From positions 992,001-1,056,000 of the forward strand of contig OZ242010.1 of assembly GCA_965204745.1 (NCBI GenBank): a stretch of DNA of 64,000 bases. Direction: 5' to 3'. Positions 30,722-39,649 of this stretch are shown one piece after another. Every line of letters starts with the position of its first letter. Position 1 is the stretch's first letter. The notes beneath the pieces are model-generated. The model made no database searches. It worked only from the letters and a program-made list of their open reading frames with translations, and was not told where the DNA came from. A program made the position numbers and the translations under genes. The stretch is from Candidatus Latescibacterota bacterium (GTDB lineage Bacteria > Latescibacterota > UBA2968).

Positions 30722-31480
30722 ATGCTCACGATGCGACAAGTCCAACTCTTTCGGAACAACGGATTTTTGCGCCTGCCGAACCGGTTGCCCTCGGACTTGG
30801 TCAAAGACCTGAAGGCCGCGATTATGGCCGATCTCAACGGCGAGGTCAAACCCCTTGTCCGCAACGAGGATGGGCGGGCCGTGCGTATTTCCGCGCTGAT
30901 GGACCGCGCGCCGATTTTCCGAGAAGCCGCCACGCATCTGTTCGCGCTCGACCCGCTCGAATCGCTTTTGGGGCCGAATATCGAAATCCTCACCAACCGC
31001 CACAATCACGCGACCTTGCGAACCTCTGGGGAAAACAAGCGCGACGCCCTGCACCGCGATGTCAAGCAATGGACGCGCAATATTTTCACGATCATTTTTT
31101 ACCTCGAAGAAACCACGGTTGAAAATGGTTGCACCCGCATCGTGCCCGGCTCGCACCACTTCCCCGGCGTCAGCATGTCCATTCACAACGCGGCCTGGGC
31201 GTGCGACGTACTCGCACAAGCCCTGCCCGTGCCCATGCCCGCAGGCGGGATGCTCGTGATCGATAGCATGGTCATTCACGGGCCGGGGGAAAACCACACA
31301 GCCGACACGCGCATGAGCATGACCATCGGCTATCACAGCGTCGACGAACTGATGGACATCCCCAACCCCAAACGCCTGCTCGTGCGCGGCGAGGGGGTGT
31401 ACCATGGAAACGAGGAGTCCGCGAATGTCCGAAATGCGACAAAGACAAAAATTGCTCTTTCTGTATCTCGGCAATTCTAG
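30722..31480 (+). CDS. PhyH-family Fe/2OG oxygenase
   Basis: LHRD, ENGCTRIVPGSH, IHGPGEN...R; close paralog of preceding gene. Confidence 0.88.
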   Translation: MLTMRQVQLFRNNGFLRLPNRLPSDLVKDLKAAIMADLNGEVKPLVRNEDGRAVRISALMDRAPIFREAATHLFALDPLESLLGPNIEILTNRHNHATLRTSGENKRDALHRDVKQWTRNIFTIIFYLEETTVENGCTRIVPGSHHFPGVSMSIHNAAWACDVLAQALPVPMPAGGMLVIDSMVIHGPGENHTADTRMSMTIGYHSVDELMDIPNPKRLLVRGEGVYHGNEESANVRNATKTKIALSVSRQF

Positions 31481-31715
31481 CCCAGAGAGCGAAGTCGTTG
31501 CGTGGTCGCTTTACGACGGCACGACTGACGAAACATTTGAAGCGGCAGGCGAACATGCCGAGCCGCCTTACGCATCGGTGCTCGATGCCATGCGCGATGG
31601 CTGGCGCGTCATTCAAGTGCCCGCGCTCAAAACCCCGCAGGTGGGTCGAGAATACGAAAACGATTATCTCGACTTCGAATTTGTGTTGGAGAAAATGGAG
31701 GCGGTAAATGGATAA
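31425..31715 (+). CDS. Small hypothetical protein in PhyH operon
   Basis: RBS gaggag; PPYASVLDAMRDGWRVIQ; overlaps both neighbouring PhyH genes. Confidence 0.7.
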   Translation: MSEMRQRQKLLFLYLGNSSPESEVVAWSLYDGTTDETFEAAGEHAEPPYASVLDAMRDGWRVIQVPALKTPQVGREYENDYLDFEFVLEKMEAVNG

Positions 31716-32538
31716 GAATCTCTTGCTCTCGTCTGTTGAGATGGCCCAGTTTGTAAGCACGGGTTTTCTGCGGTTCGACAACCTGGTTCCGCGAGAACTC
31801 TGCAAAGCGACGCACGAGGAGATGAGCACGGGCAAGCTCAGACGCCGTGCGCCGATGGGCGCGCCCTTTGGCGAGGTTTGGCCCGACGAAGCCATTGGCA
31901 GGGTTTTTCGCCTGCCCAAAGTGGCGGCGATTATCCACAGTTTGGTGGGCCCCAATCCGCGATACGACCATCACGCGGCGCACCTCACGCCGGCAAATAC
32001 CCGCAAGGGTGCGAATTTGCACCAAGATGCCGAATACGATATTCGCGATCTGCATTTCGACATCCAAATTTCGTTCTTCCCAGAAGACACGCCGCTCGAA
32101 AGCGGGGGTACGCTGTTTGTGCCCGGCACGCAATTTCGCAGGGTTCACGAAGCCGAGATCAAACGCTATCAAAATGTCGTCGGGCAGGTGCAGGCGGTCT
32201 GCGAAGCCGGGACGATGTTTTTCTGGCACACCAATATTTGGCATTCGGCCCGCAGCAATTTTACCGAGAGGGACCGCTACATGTTTAAGCTGCGCCTCAA
32301 TCCCACGGTTCGCCAACAACGCCTGTGGAATACCGATGACTTGGACAGCCCCGAAGTCGCCCAAGCCCTCAATCAGAAAATCCCGTGGCACGGACAACGC
32401 CACCGCATCGAACTCATGAATCGCATCAAATTCTGGCGGTTCCTCACCGGGGATCCCACATTTGATATGGCACTTTGGTGGGGCCGCGTTGAAAATACGC
32501 CGGATATCATTCACCCCGACCAGCGAGTCGGCGCCTAA
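31708..32538 (+). CDS. PhyH-family Fe/2OG oxygenase
   Basis: LHQD, GGTLFVPGT, IWHSARSN...R. Confidence 0.88.
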   Translation: MDKNLLLSSVEMAQFVSTGFLRFDNLVPRELCKATHEEMSTGKLRRRAPMGAPFGEVWPDEAIGRVFRLPKVAAIIHSLVGPNPRYDHHAAHLTPANTRKGANLHQDAEYDIRDLHFDIQISFFPEDTPLESGGTLFVPGTQFRRVHEAEIKRYQNVVGQVQAVCEAGTMFFWHTNIWHSARSNFTERDRYMFKLRLNPTVRQQRLWNTDDLDSPEVAQALNQKIPWHGQRHRIELMNRIKFWRFLTGDPTFDMALWWGRVENTPDIIHPDQRVGA

Positions 32539-32559
32539 ACCGAGGCAGAGAGGTCAGTC

Positions 32560-33447
32560 ATGCACTTGTCTATGCACAACTGGATGCGCTCGGAACCCCT
32601 TGAGGTCACGCTTGAGCGATTGGCAAAATTTGGGTATGAGAGCATCGAACTCAGCGGCGAACCCGAGCGTTGCGATACCGCAGAAGTCCGTGCGTTGTTG
32701 AACAAATACGAGATCCGCTGCTGGGGGGCGGTCACGCTGATGATGGGCGACCGCAACATGCTCGCCAAAGACGAGGCGGTTCGCGCCCAATCCGTGCAGT
32801 ACGTCAAAGACTGCGTCACGATGGTCAAAGAGCTCGAAGGGTGCGAACTGACGGTGGTGCCGGCCACAGTGGGCAAGATCGAACCGGAGTCCACGCCGGA
32901 GAATGAATGGGAATGGGCGGTCGCCGGCATGCGGGAGGTTTATGAGCATTCAGAGCGAGAAGGCGTGCGCCTCGCCATTGAACCCATCAATCGCTTCGAG
33001 ACGTATTTTATCACGCGAGGCGCCCAAGCCCTCGCGCTCGCCGAAGCGACAGGGCCCCATTGCGGCGTGTGTTTAGACGCTTTTCACATCAATATCGAGG
33101 AGGCCGATCCCCATCGCGCCATTCGAGATGCGGGTGACCGGTTGGTGGATTTTCACGTGGCCGACAACAATCGCATGGCGTGTGGCTTGGGCAACTGGGA
33201 TTGGGCGAACTTGGTCGCAACCCTGAAAGAGGTGGGGTATGATGGCGCGCTCACGGTTGAATTTGTCGCGCCCATTGATCGAACGCCTGCCAATGAATAT
33301 CCCAATGCGGTCGAGACCGATCCGGTGGATATCACGCCCGAGGAGCTCAAGTTTATTCAGGATCACGGCAGCAGTCTTTTGAGCGAGGAATTTTACACGT
33401 TTCTCGTCAAAAAGACCGCCGAGACGTTGTTGCCGCTGATCGCGTAG
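32560..33447 (+). CDS. Sugar phosphate isomerase/epimerase (D-psicose/D-tagatose 3-epimerase-like TIM barrel)
   Basis: IEPINRFETY, LDAFHINIEE, HVADNNR, TVEF. Confidence 0.88.
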   Translation: MHLSMHNWMRSEPLEVTLERLAKFGYESIELSGEPERCDTAEVRALLNKYEIRCWGAVTLMMGDRNMLAKDEAVRAQSVQYVKDCVTMVKELEGCELTVVPATVGKIEPESTPENEWEWAVAGMREVYEHSEREGVRLAIEPINRFETYFITRGAQALALAEATGPHCGVCLDAFHINIEEADPHRAIRDAGDRLVDFHVADNNRMACGLGNWDWANLVATLKEVGYDGALTVEFVAPIDRTPANEYPNAVETDPVDITPEELKFIQDHGSSLLSEEFYTFLVKKTAETLLPLIA

Positions 33448-33461
33448 ATGGAGGGCAAACC

Positions 33462-34454
33462 ATGGCACGAAAAATTCTCGTTATGAACAATCTCCAAAAT
33501 CCCGAGTTTGAATCCGAGGCGCGGGCAAAGGCGCTCGATAGGTTGCGCGAATACGCCGAGGTCGCGTTTTATTCCACATCCGAACTGGCAACCGAACACG
33601 CGGCGGGCGTGGTGGGCGTTTTGGCGGATTCCGTCGTTTTCACGCCGCAATTCTACGCCGCCGCACGCGATTTGCGGATCGTCGCTCGCTGGGGCGTTGG
33701 GTTTGAAAAAGTGGATGTGCCGCGTGCGACCGATTGCGGTGTCCTCGTCACGGTTGCACCGGTTCACATGGTCACGGTTGCCGAATACGCCATTGCCCAA
33801 TGGATGGCAACGCTCAAACGCGCTTATACGCTGAACCGAAACAGCCATGCGGGCGATTTTCGGATTATCAAGACGTATGAGGCGCAAGGCTCGACTTTGG
33901 GGATTTGGGGCCTCGGGCGAATCGGGCGGGCAATGGCCGAACGTGCGCGTCCGCTTCTCGGGGCTTCGGGCCGGTTGCTCGTTTGCGATATCCGTCCCGA
34001 TATTCACGACATTGCGGCGCAATATCATGCCGAGGTGGTGGATGATCCCCGCGACCTGTTTGAAGCGTGCGATGCCATTTCGCTCCATCTTTCCGGAGAT
34101 GAGACGGTCGTCACCTACGATTTGCTCTGCGCGATGCAACCCCATGCGTCGCTCATCAATCCCTCGCGCGGCAATTTGGTGGATGACGAAGCCGTGAACC
34201 GCGCGATCAGAGAAGAACGCCTGTATTATTACGTGGTGGATGATCCGGTCGATCAGACCCGTGCGATTCACAAAGACCACCCCCGCATTATCTGCACCAA
34301 TCACAACGCGGGGATTTCCGTCGAATCGGCCATTCGCCTCGACGAGTGTTGCGCGGAACAAATCATCGCCGCACTTGAAGGGCGCACGCCGGATCATGTG
34401 CTCAATCCCGAGGTGCTCGCTCACCCGCGCGTTCGGAGATTTCTCAATGCGTAA
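33462..34454 (+). CDS. D-isomer-specific 2-hydroxyacid dehydrogenase family
   Basis: ARWGVGFEKVD, GIWGLGRIG, INPSRG, NHNAG. Confidence 0.88.
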   Translation: MARKILVMNNLQNPEFESEARAKALDRLREYAEVAFYSTSELATEHAAGVVGVLADSVVFTPQFYAAARDLRIVARWGVGFEKVDVPRATDCGVLVTVAPVHMVTVAEYAIAQWMATLKRAYTLNRNSHAGDFRIIKTYEAQGSTLGIWGLGRIGRAMAERARPLLGASGRLLVCDIRPDIHDIAAQYHAEVVDDPRDLFEACDAISLHLSGDETVVTYDLLCAMQPHASLINPSRGNLVDDEAVNRAIREERLYYYVVDDPVDQTRAIHKDHPRIICTNHNAGISVESAIRLDECCAEQIIAALEGRTPDHVLNPEVLAHPRVRRFLNA

Positions 34455-34481
34455 GGCACTTCTGACAGGTGAGTAAAAAAA

Positions 34482-34508
34482 TAAAACGCGCTTTTCAGCG
34501 CGTTTTTT
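34482..34508. terminator. Bidirectional terminator
   Basis: aaaacgcgct-tttc-agcgcgtttttt. Confidence 0.7.
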
Positions 34509-34649
34509 GTTGTTCGAGACTTACTGCTCTGTAAATTTATTTTAGTTTTTAGAGTATTTATTTTTTATCACTTGATCTGCGTTTTCATTTGGTTGGTATG
34601 CTGTTTCCAATTCCTTAATCATGAGATCCATCTGCTCGGGCTTTTTTTT

Positions 34650-35594
34650 CTATTTGCTGAATGCGTCGATCGCTTTTGTTGCGATCTCTACCGACCTCTT
34701 TTCCTTGTCAATTCCGATATATCGCCTGCCTTCGCGCAAGGCTGCCAAAGCCGTCGTGCCGCTTCCCACAAAACAATCGAGTACAATGTCATCGGGTTCG
34801 GTAAATAGTTTAATGACGCGCCGAGGAAGCTCAATGGGAAACTTGGACTCGTGATCCGAATTGCTTCGCACAGAGGGGATTTCCCACACGCCTCGGGAAC
34901 CCCAGTTGCCCCATTCTCGCTTTGTAAGCCGCGATCTATCTACTTTTGTGATCCCCGGCTTCCAAAAAGCGTAGAGATATTCCGATTCATCGACAGAACG
35001 GTAGGATATGGTATGCCATCTCGAATTTTCCCATGCGGCGTCTTTTACCCAGATACGCCGGTCGTACAAGTAAAAACCCGCGTCTTTAGCGGCGCGTTCG
35101 ATTAACCCACCGACGAGATAAACTCGCGTTTGGGGTTGGTATTTTCCACCTCTGATATTGTTGCCGTTGAGCCGCCGATCAATGGTTTGCTCACTGCATC
35201 CAAAGTGTTCTGCGAGTTTGTACCTGTTCCAATTCGGATGCTGTTTTACAACCTTTAGGATGTCTTCTTTTTTCAGATCGATTTTTCTGCGTGAGATGTT
35301 TTCCGCCATGATTTTTGGCATCTTCTCATCCTTAAAACACAGTATATCCGCGATATTGATCACCAGAAACCCACCGGGTTTTAGGATGGGGAAATGTCGC
35401 TTAATCACCTCGCGCAAAAGATTTTTCCAATCTTCAAAAGACAAATTTTTCTCGTATTCCTTGCCGACATAATAGGGCGGCGACCATACGCTCAGGGCAA
35501 TGGATTCCCGTTCGATCCGCCTTAAAAGTTGCCGTGAATCCCCGTGATATATTTCGTTCGGCACAAGTGGGTTAGGTACAGTTACGGTTGCCAT
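34650..35594 (-). CDS. Beta-class N4-cytosine DNA methyltransferase with internal HTH-like segment
   Basis: WSPPY (motif IV) precedes DCFVGSGTT (motif I); low GC; overlaps REase gene. Confidence 0.92.
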   Translation of the reverse strand: MATVTVPNPLVPNEIYHGDSRQLLRRIERESIALSVWSPPYYVGKEYEKNLSFEDWKNLLREVIKRHFPILKPGGFLVINIADILCFKDEKMPKIMAENISRRKIDLKKEDILKVVKQHPNWNRYKLAEHFGCSEQTIDRRLNGNNIRGGKYQPQTRVYLVGGLIERAAKDAGFYLYDRRIWVKDAAWENSRWHTISYRSVDESEYLYAFWKPGITKVDRSRLTKREWGNWGSRGVWEIPSVRSNSDHESKFPIELPRRVIKLFTEPDDIVLDCFVGSGTTALAALREGRRYIGIDKEKRSVEIATKAIDAFSK

Positions 35595-36301
35595 GACCCT
35601 CTACACTCCTGTTTTGTTCGATCATAAGTAAGCGTTTGTATCCGCCACGTAGCCTTGGATTTCAACCTTCTAAAGCCAACCCTTACCCTGAAATCTTCGT
35701 CCAATGTTGGGGCATTTCTACCAGCTAGCCAAATGCCATCGCCAGCCCTTGGATTGTACCTTCTTTGCAATTTTCCATTCGGAATTGCTACAACATTCAC
35801 TTCCCTCAGATGATGGGTACCCCTGCTATCATCGCAGTACATAAAATGCACAAGGCAAGTCGTTGTCAGATAATTTTTGTCGCCATATTCGGATATTTCT
35901 GGCAAAAACCCTTTTTCATTTACCTGGCGACCTGACCGCATTTGTCTTACCCACATGGAAGTTTGCGACATCTGAATGGTTGCAGAACGATTTTCCTTTT
36001 CGGCCTTTGAGTCAATAAACAATGCCTGTCTCACGGTTTGATCGGGAAGGATCACATATCTTGCTTTCTTGTAATCCACCGTTCCATAGACTCTTTGCTG
36101 GACATTAAATCCCGAAAGCCGATCAAGCAATTCTCTCGTGATGTCCTCGGCAATATCTTTAACGCTATCAGGCGAGTTGAGGAATATCTCATGTGCTTCC
36201 ATTCCAAAATCATAAACCGCTTGAAATATCCAGCGCAAAGTGAGTTTTTCAATTTCCTCAATTTCATTTAAGGACAGTGTGTTTGGGTCTTTCTCTGTCA
36301 T
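35582..36301 (-). CDS. SfiI-family type II restriction endonuclease
   Basis: IEKLTLR, AEDIT, G.VDYK, FIDSKAE, MSQ, P..KLQRRYNP, RVRV.F.RLK...WR follow the SfiI sequence pattern as recalled. Confidence 0.85.
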   Translation of the reverse strand: MTEKDPNTLSLNEIEEIEKLTLRWIFQAVYDFGMEAHEIFLNSPDSVKDIAEDITRELLDRLSGFNVQQRVYGTVDYKKARYVILPDQTVRQALFIDSKAEKENRSATIQMSQTSMWVRQMRSGRQVNEKGFLPEISEYGDKNYLTTTCLVHFMYCDDSRGTHHLREVNVVAIPNGKLQRRYNPRAGDGIWLAGRNAPTLDEDFRVRVGFRRLKSKATWRIQTLTYDRTKQECRGSWQP

Positions 36302-36604
36302 GTCTTTACATCCTTTGAACGGTATGCCAATGGACGTAACCGTTCCTATCAATCGAAAACGGAGCCGTCTTTTTTCTTATGCACGTCATCGTGCGTTTCC
36401 CTCGTTCAAGATACACCGATCCACTTGTGCGTCAAGTTGTAGTTCCACTCTCCAAAATGGCGATGGAAAGTCGTTTTACAAAAAACGCCCCGGCAATACC
36501 CGTGCGTCTCCATTTCGCAACCATTGCGTTTGCGCGCCAAATCGCCTATTATGTTCACCCCTTGTCAACTCGAATGCGTCCAATTCACCACTCGGAGAAC
36601 CGCC

Positions 36605-37750
36605 ATGAAAATCGCCAAAATCGAACAGTTCTATCCCCGCCGGAGAATGCGCTTGATCAAAATAACCACCGATACCGGCATTGACGGATGGGGCGAGACC
36701 ACCCTTGAGGGCAAGCCCAAAAGCACCTGGGCCGCAGTGGAAGAACTCGCGGACTACCTCATCGGCAAAGACCCCCTGTGTGTCGAACACCACTGGCAAC
36801 ACATCTACCGATCCGCTTTTTACCGCGGCGGCAACGTGCTCATGACCGCCCTATCGGGCATCGACCAAGCCCTGTGGGACATCGCGGGCAAACACTACGG
36901 CGTGCCCACCTATCGACTGCTCGGCGGCCCGGTGCGCGACCGCATTCGCGTCTATGCCCACTGGGGAATCGGCAACACCTCGGAGGCAGGCTTGGCATCT
37001 GCGCGCGAGCGGCTCGACATGTTACAAACAAAGGGCGGATACACCGCGTTCAAAACCGGGCCGGGCGGCAAGTGGCGCGCCCACGAACCCCCTGCGGTGA
37101 TCGACGACTTTGTCAAACGCGCGTACACCATGCGCGAATGGGTCGGCGACGACTGCGAACTCTGCTTTGACTTTCACGGCAAAATGACGCCCGCGCTCGC
37201 CATTGAAATCTGCCATGAAATCAAGGGCATGCGCCCCATGTTTGTCGAAGAACCCGTGCCCCAAGAAAATGTTGACGCGCTCAAACTCGTCTCTGACCAT
37301 GTGCCCTTTCCCATAGCCACGGGCGAACGCCTGCTCTCGCGCTGGGAATTTCGCACTGTGTTCGAGAAAAACGCGGTCGCGTACATCCAACCCGACGCCT
37401 CCCATGCAGGCGGGATTTCCGAACTCAAGCGCATCGCCAACATGGCCGAAGTGTATTACATGCACATCATGCCCCACTGCGCCATCGGCCCGGTCGCGTT
37501 CTCCGCGTGTATGCAAGTCGATGCCGCCGTGCCCAATTTTCTCATTCAAGAACAAGTCGACGCGGGCTTGGGCGAGGGTCTCCTGAAAGATCCGTGGGTG
37601 GTCAAAAACGGCCACATCGAATCGCCCGCCAAACCCGGCCTGGGCTTTGACCTCATCCCCGAAGAAGCCGAACAAAACCTCGGCCTCTACGAAGAAGAAC
37701 TCGGCGGGGAATACTGTTATGAAACCGATGGTAGCGTCGCGGATTGGTGA
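36605..37750 (+). CDS. dgoD: Galactonate dehydratase-like enolase superfamily enzyme
   Basis: GWGE, FYRGG, SGIDQALWDI, DFHG, EEP, GERL, PHC. Confidence 0.8.
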   Translation: MKIAKIEQFYPRRRMRLIKITTDTGIDGWGETTLEGKPKSTWAAVEELADYLIGKDPLCVEHHWQHIYRSAFYRGGNVLMTALSGIDQALWDIAGKHYGVPTYRLLGGPVRDRIRVYAHWGIGNTSEAGLASARERLDMLQTKGGYTAFKTGPGGKWRAHEPPAVIDDFVKRAYTMREWVGDDCELCFDFHGKMTPALAIEICHEIKGMRPMFVEEPVPQENVDALKLVSDHVPFPIATGERLLSRWEFRTVFEKNAVAYIQPDASHAGGISELKRIANMAEVYYMHIMPHCAIGPVAFSACMQVDAAVPNFLIQEQVDAGLGEGLLKDPWVVKNGHIESPAKPGLGFDLIPEEAEQNLGLYEEELGGEYCYETDGSVADW

Positions 37751-37754
37751 AAGG

Positions 37755-38050
37755 TGAGACGTAAGACGGGAGAGATAAGAGGCAAGATGAAAGGCGCAAG
37801 ACGGGAGAGGCAAGCGGTAAGAGGCAAGAGGCAAGAGGCGAGAAACAGGCTCCAAGCGGTCAGTGATCAGTAGTCAGTAGTCAGTGGTCAGTGGTCAGTG
37901 GTCAGTCCCCGCACACACCCCTGTCTGAATCGCGGATTAAACGGATTAGGGGATTGCGCGGATTAAAACCCGTCCACCCATCTGCGTCGTTCCCAATCGG
38001 TCAGAGATCCGCAATCGCGTAGGGACAGGGCCCTGTGGCCGTCCGAATAA
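37755..38050. repeat. Composite intergenic repeat cluster (GAGGCAA, CAGTGGT heptamers; CGCGGATTA nonamers; GTAG-type REP)
   Basis: Direct reading of tandem units, then gtagggacagggccctgtggccgtcc. Confidence 0.75.
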
Positions 38051-38149
38051 GACGCGAATCCCGGCCCTCGTCATGCTGACGAAAATCGGCACGCGCAAGC
38101 ACAACGTAAGTAGTCCAGTGACTTTTGTTTTTTTTACAAGGAGTTTTTC

Positions 38150-39487
38150 ATGAACCGACCAAACATCGTTTTCGTCTTCGCCGATGACTGGGGTTGGGGC
38201 GATTTGAGTTGTTATGGGCATCCCCATGCCAGAACGCCAAATCTGGATCGCCTCGCCGCGCAGGGCACGCTGTTTTCCCAATTCTACGTCTGCTCGGGCG
38301 TGTGTTCCCCAAGCCGCGCCGCGGTGATGACCGGGCGTTTTCCCGCGCACTGGGGCATCCACGGGCATTTTGCCCAACACGAACAGAACGCGGCCCGCGG
38401 CATGCCCAACTTTCTCGATCCAGACGCGGTCACCGTCACCCGCTTGTTGCAACAAAGCGGGTACGCCGTGGGTCACTTTGGCAAATGGCATCTCGGCAGC
38501 GGCACGGGCGCGCCAGGGCCTTGTGATTACGGCATTGACGAGTGCAAAATCAATGTGGGCAACGGCCCGTTGCTCAACTTTACCGACGTGCAAACGGGCG
38601 AAGCACGCAGCCGCTCCACAGAAGTCATCATCGACGAAACCATTGGCTTTATTCAGCGCAACAAAAACGAATCCTTTTTCGTTCAGGCGTGGCTCAACGA
38701 CACCCATGCGATTCTCGATCCCACCGAGGAACAGATGGCGCCGTATCGGCAATTCACGTCCAATGGGCTAGAGGACAAACACAAGGGCGCGCTACGGATT
38801 TACTACTCGGTCGTCACCAATGCGGACCACCACATCGGCCGGCTGATGGACAAACTCGACGAACTGAATTTGACCGAGAACACCATCGTCATCTTCTCTG
38901 CGGACAATGGCCCGGAGGACATCCACATTCGCAATGCCTCGCACAGCGGCGTAGGCTCGGCCGGCCCTTTTCGCGGTCGCAAGCGTAGCCTGTACGAAGG
39001 CGGTGTGCGAACGCCCTTTATCATTCGCTGGCCCAATGGCGCGGCCTCCGCACGGATTGACAACCACACGCCGCTTTGCGCCGTGGACCTCCTGCCCACG
39101 TTCTGTTCCCTCGCGGGCATCGACATCGACGACCTGCACTTGAATGGCGAAGACATGACCGATGCCCTGCGCGGTCACAGTGTCGCGCGAAAAAAACCGC
39201 TCATGTGGGAATGGCGGTTCAATATCCACGGGCACTGTTTGCACAAAAGCCCCATGCTCTCCATCCGCGAAGGCGATTGGAAATTGCTCTTAAATCCGGA
39301 CCGTAGCCGCGTCGAACTCTTCGACATCCCGCAAGACCCCATGGAACTCAACAACCGCGCCGACCACCTGCCCGACCGCGTGGCCCAAATGGCGGACCGC
39401 GTGCTCGCCTGGCAAGACACATTGCCCGATGGCCCTGTGGATGACAACGCGGGATCGAATGCGTATCCGTGGCCGGGAACGTTTTAA
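38150..39487 (+). CDS. Formylglycine-dependent sulfatase (S1)
   Basis: RPNIVFVFADD, CSPSR, GKWHLG, SADNG, LYEGGVR. Confidence 0.96.
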   Translation: MNRPNIVFVFADDWGWGDLSCYGHPHARTPNLDRLAAQGTLFSQFYVCSGVCSPSRAAVMTGRFPAHWGIHGHFAQHEQNAARGMPNFLDPDAVTVTRLLQQSGYAVGHFGKWHLGSGTGAPGPCDYGIDECKINVGNGPLLNFTDVQTGEARSRSTEVIIDETIGFIQRNKNESFFVQAWLNDTHAILDPTEEQMAPYRQFTSNGLEDKHKGALRIYYSVVTNADHHIGRLMDKLDELNLTENTIVIFSADNGPEDIHIRNASHSGVGSAGPFRGRKRSLYEGGVRTPFIIRWPNGAASARIDNHTPLCAVDLLPTFCSLAGIDIDDLHLNGEDMTDALRGHSVARKKPLMWEWRFNIHGHCLHKSPMLSIREGDWKLLLNPDRSRVELFDIPQDPMELNNRADHLPDRVAQMADRVLAWQDTLPDGPVDDNAGSNAYPWPGTF

Positions 39488-39489
39488 GA

Positions 39490-39630
39490 CAGTTGTCAGT
39501 TGTCAGTTGTCAGTTGTCAGTCCATCTTTTTGTGCCTTTTGTGCCTTTTGTGGCATCTTGCCTTCGTTGTCAGTTGTCAGTTGTCAGTTGTCAGTCCATC
39601 CTATCCCCGCCCCCTAATGGGGGGAGGGGA
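39490..39630. repeat. (TTGTCAG)n and (TTTTGTGCC)n microsatellite cluster
   Basis: Two runs of gttgtca units flanking three ttttgtgcc-like units. Confidence 0.8.
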
Positions 39631-39649
39631 GTATAGATCGGAGAACTCC

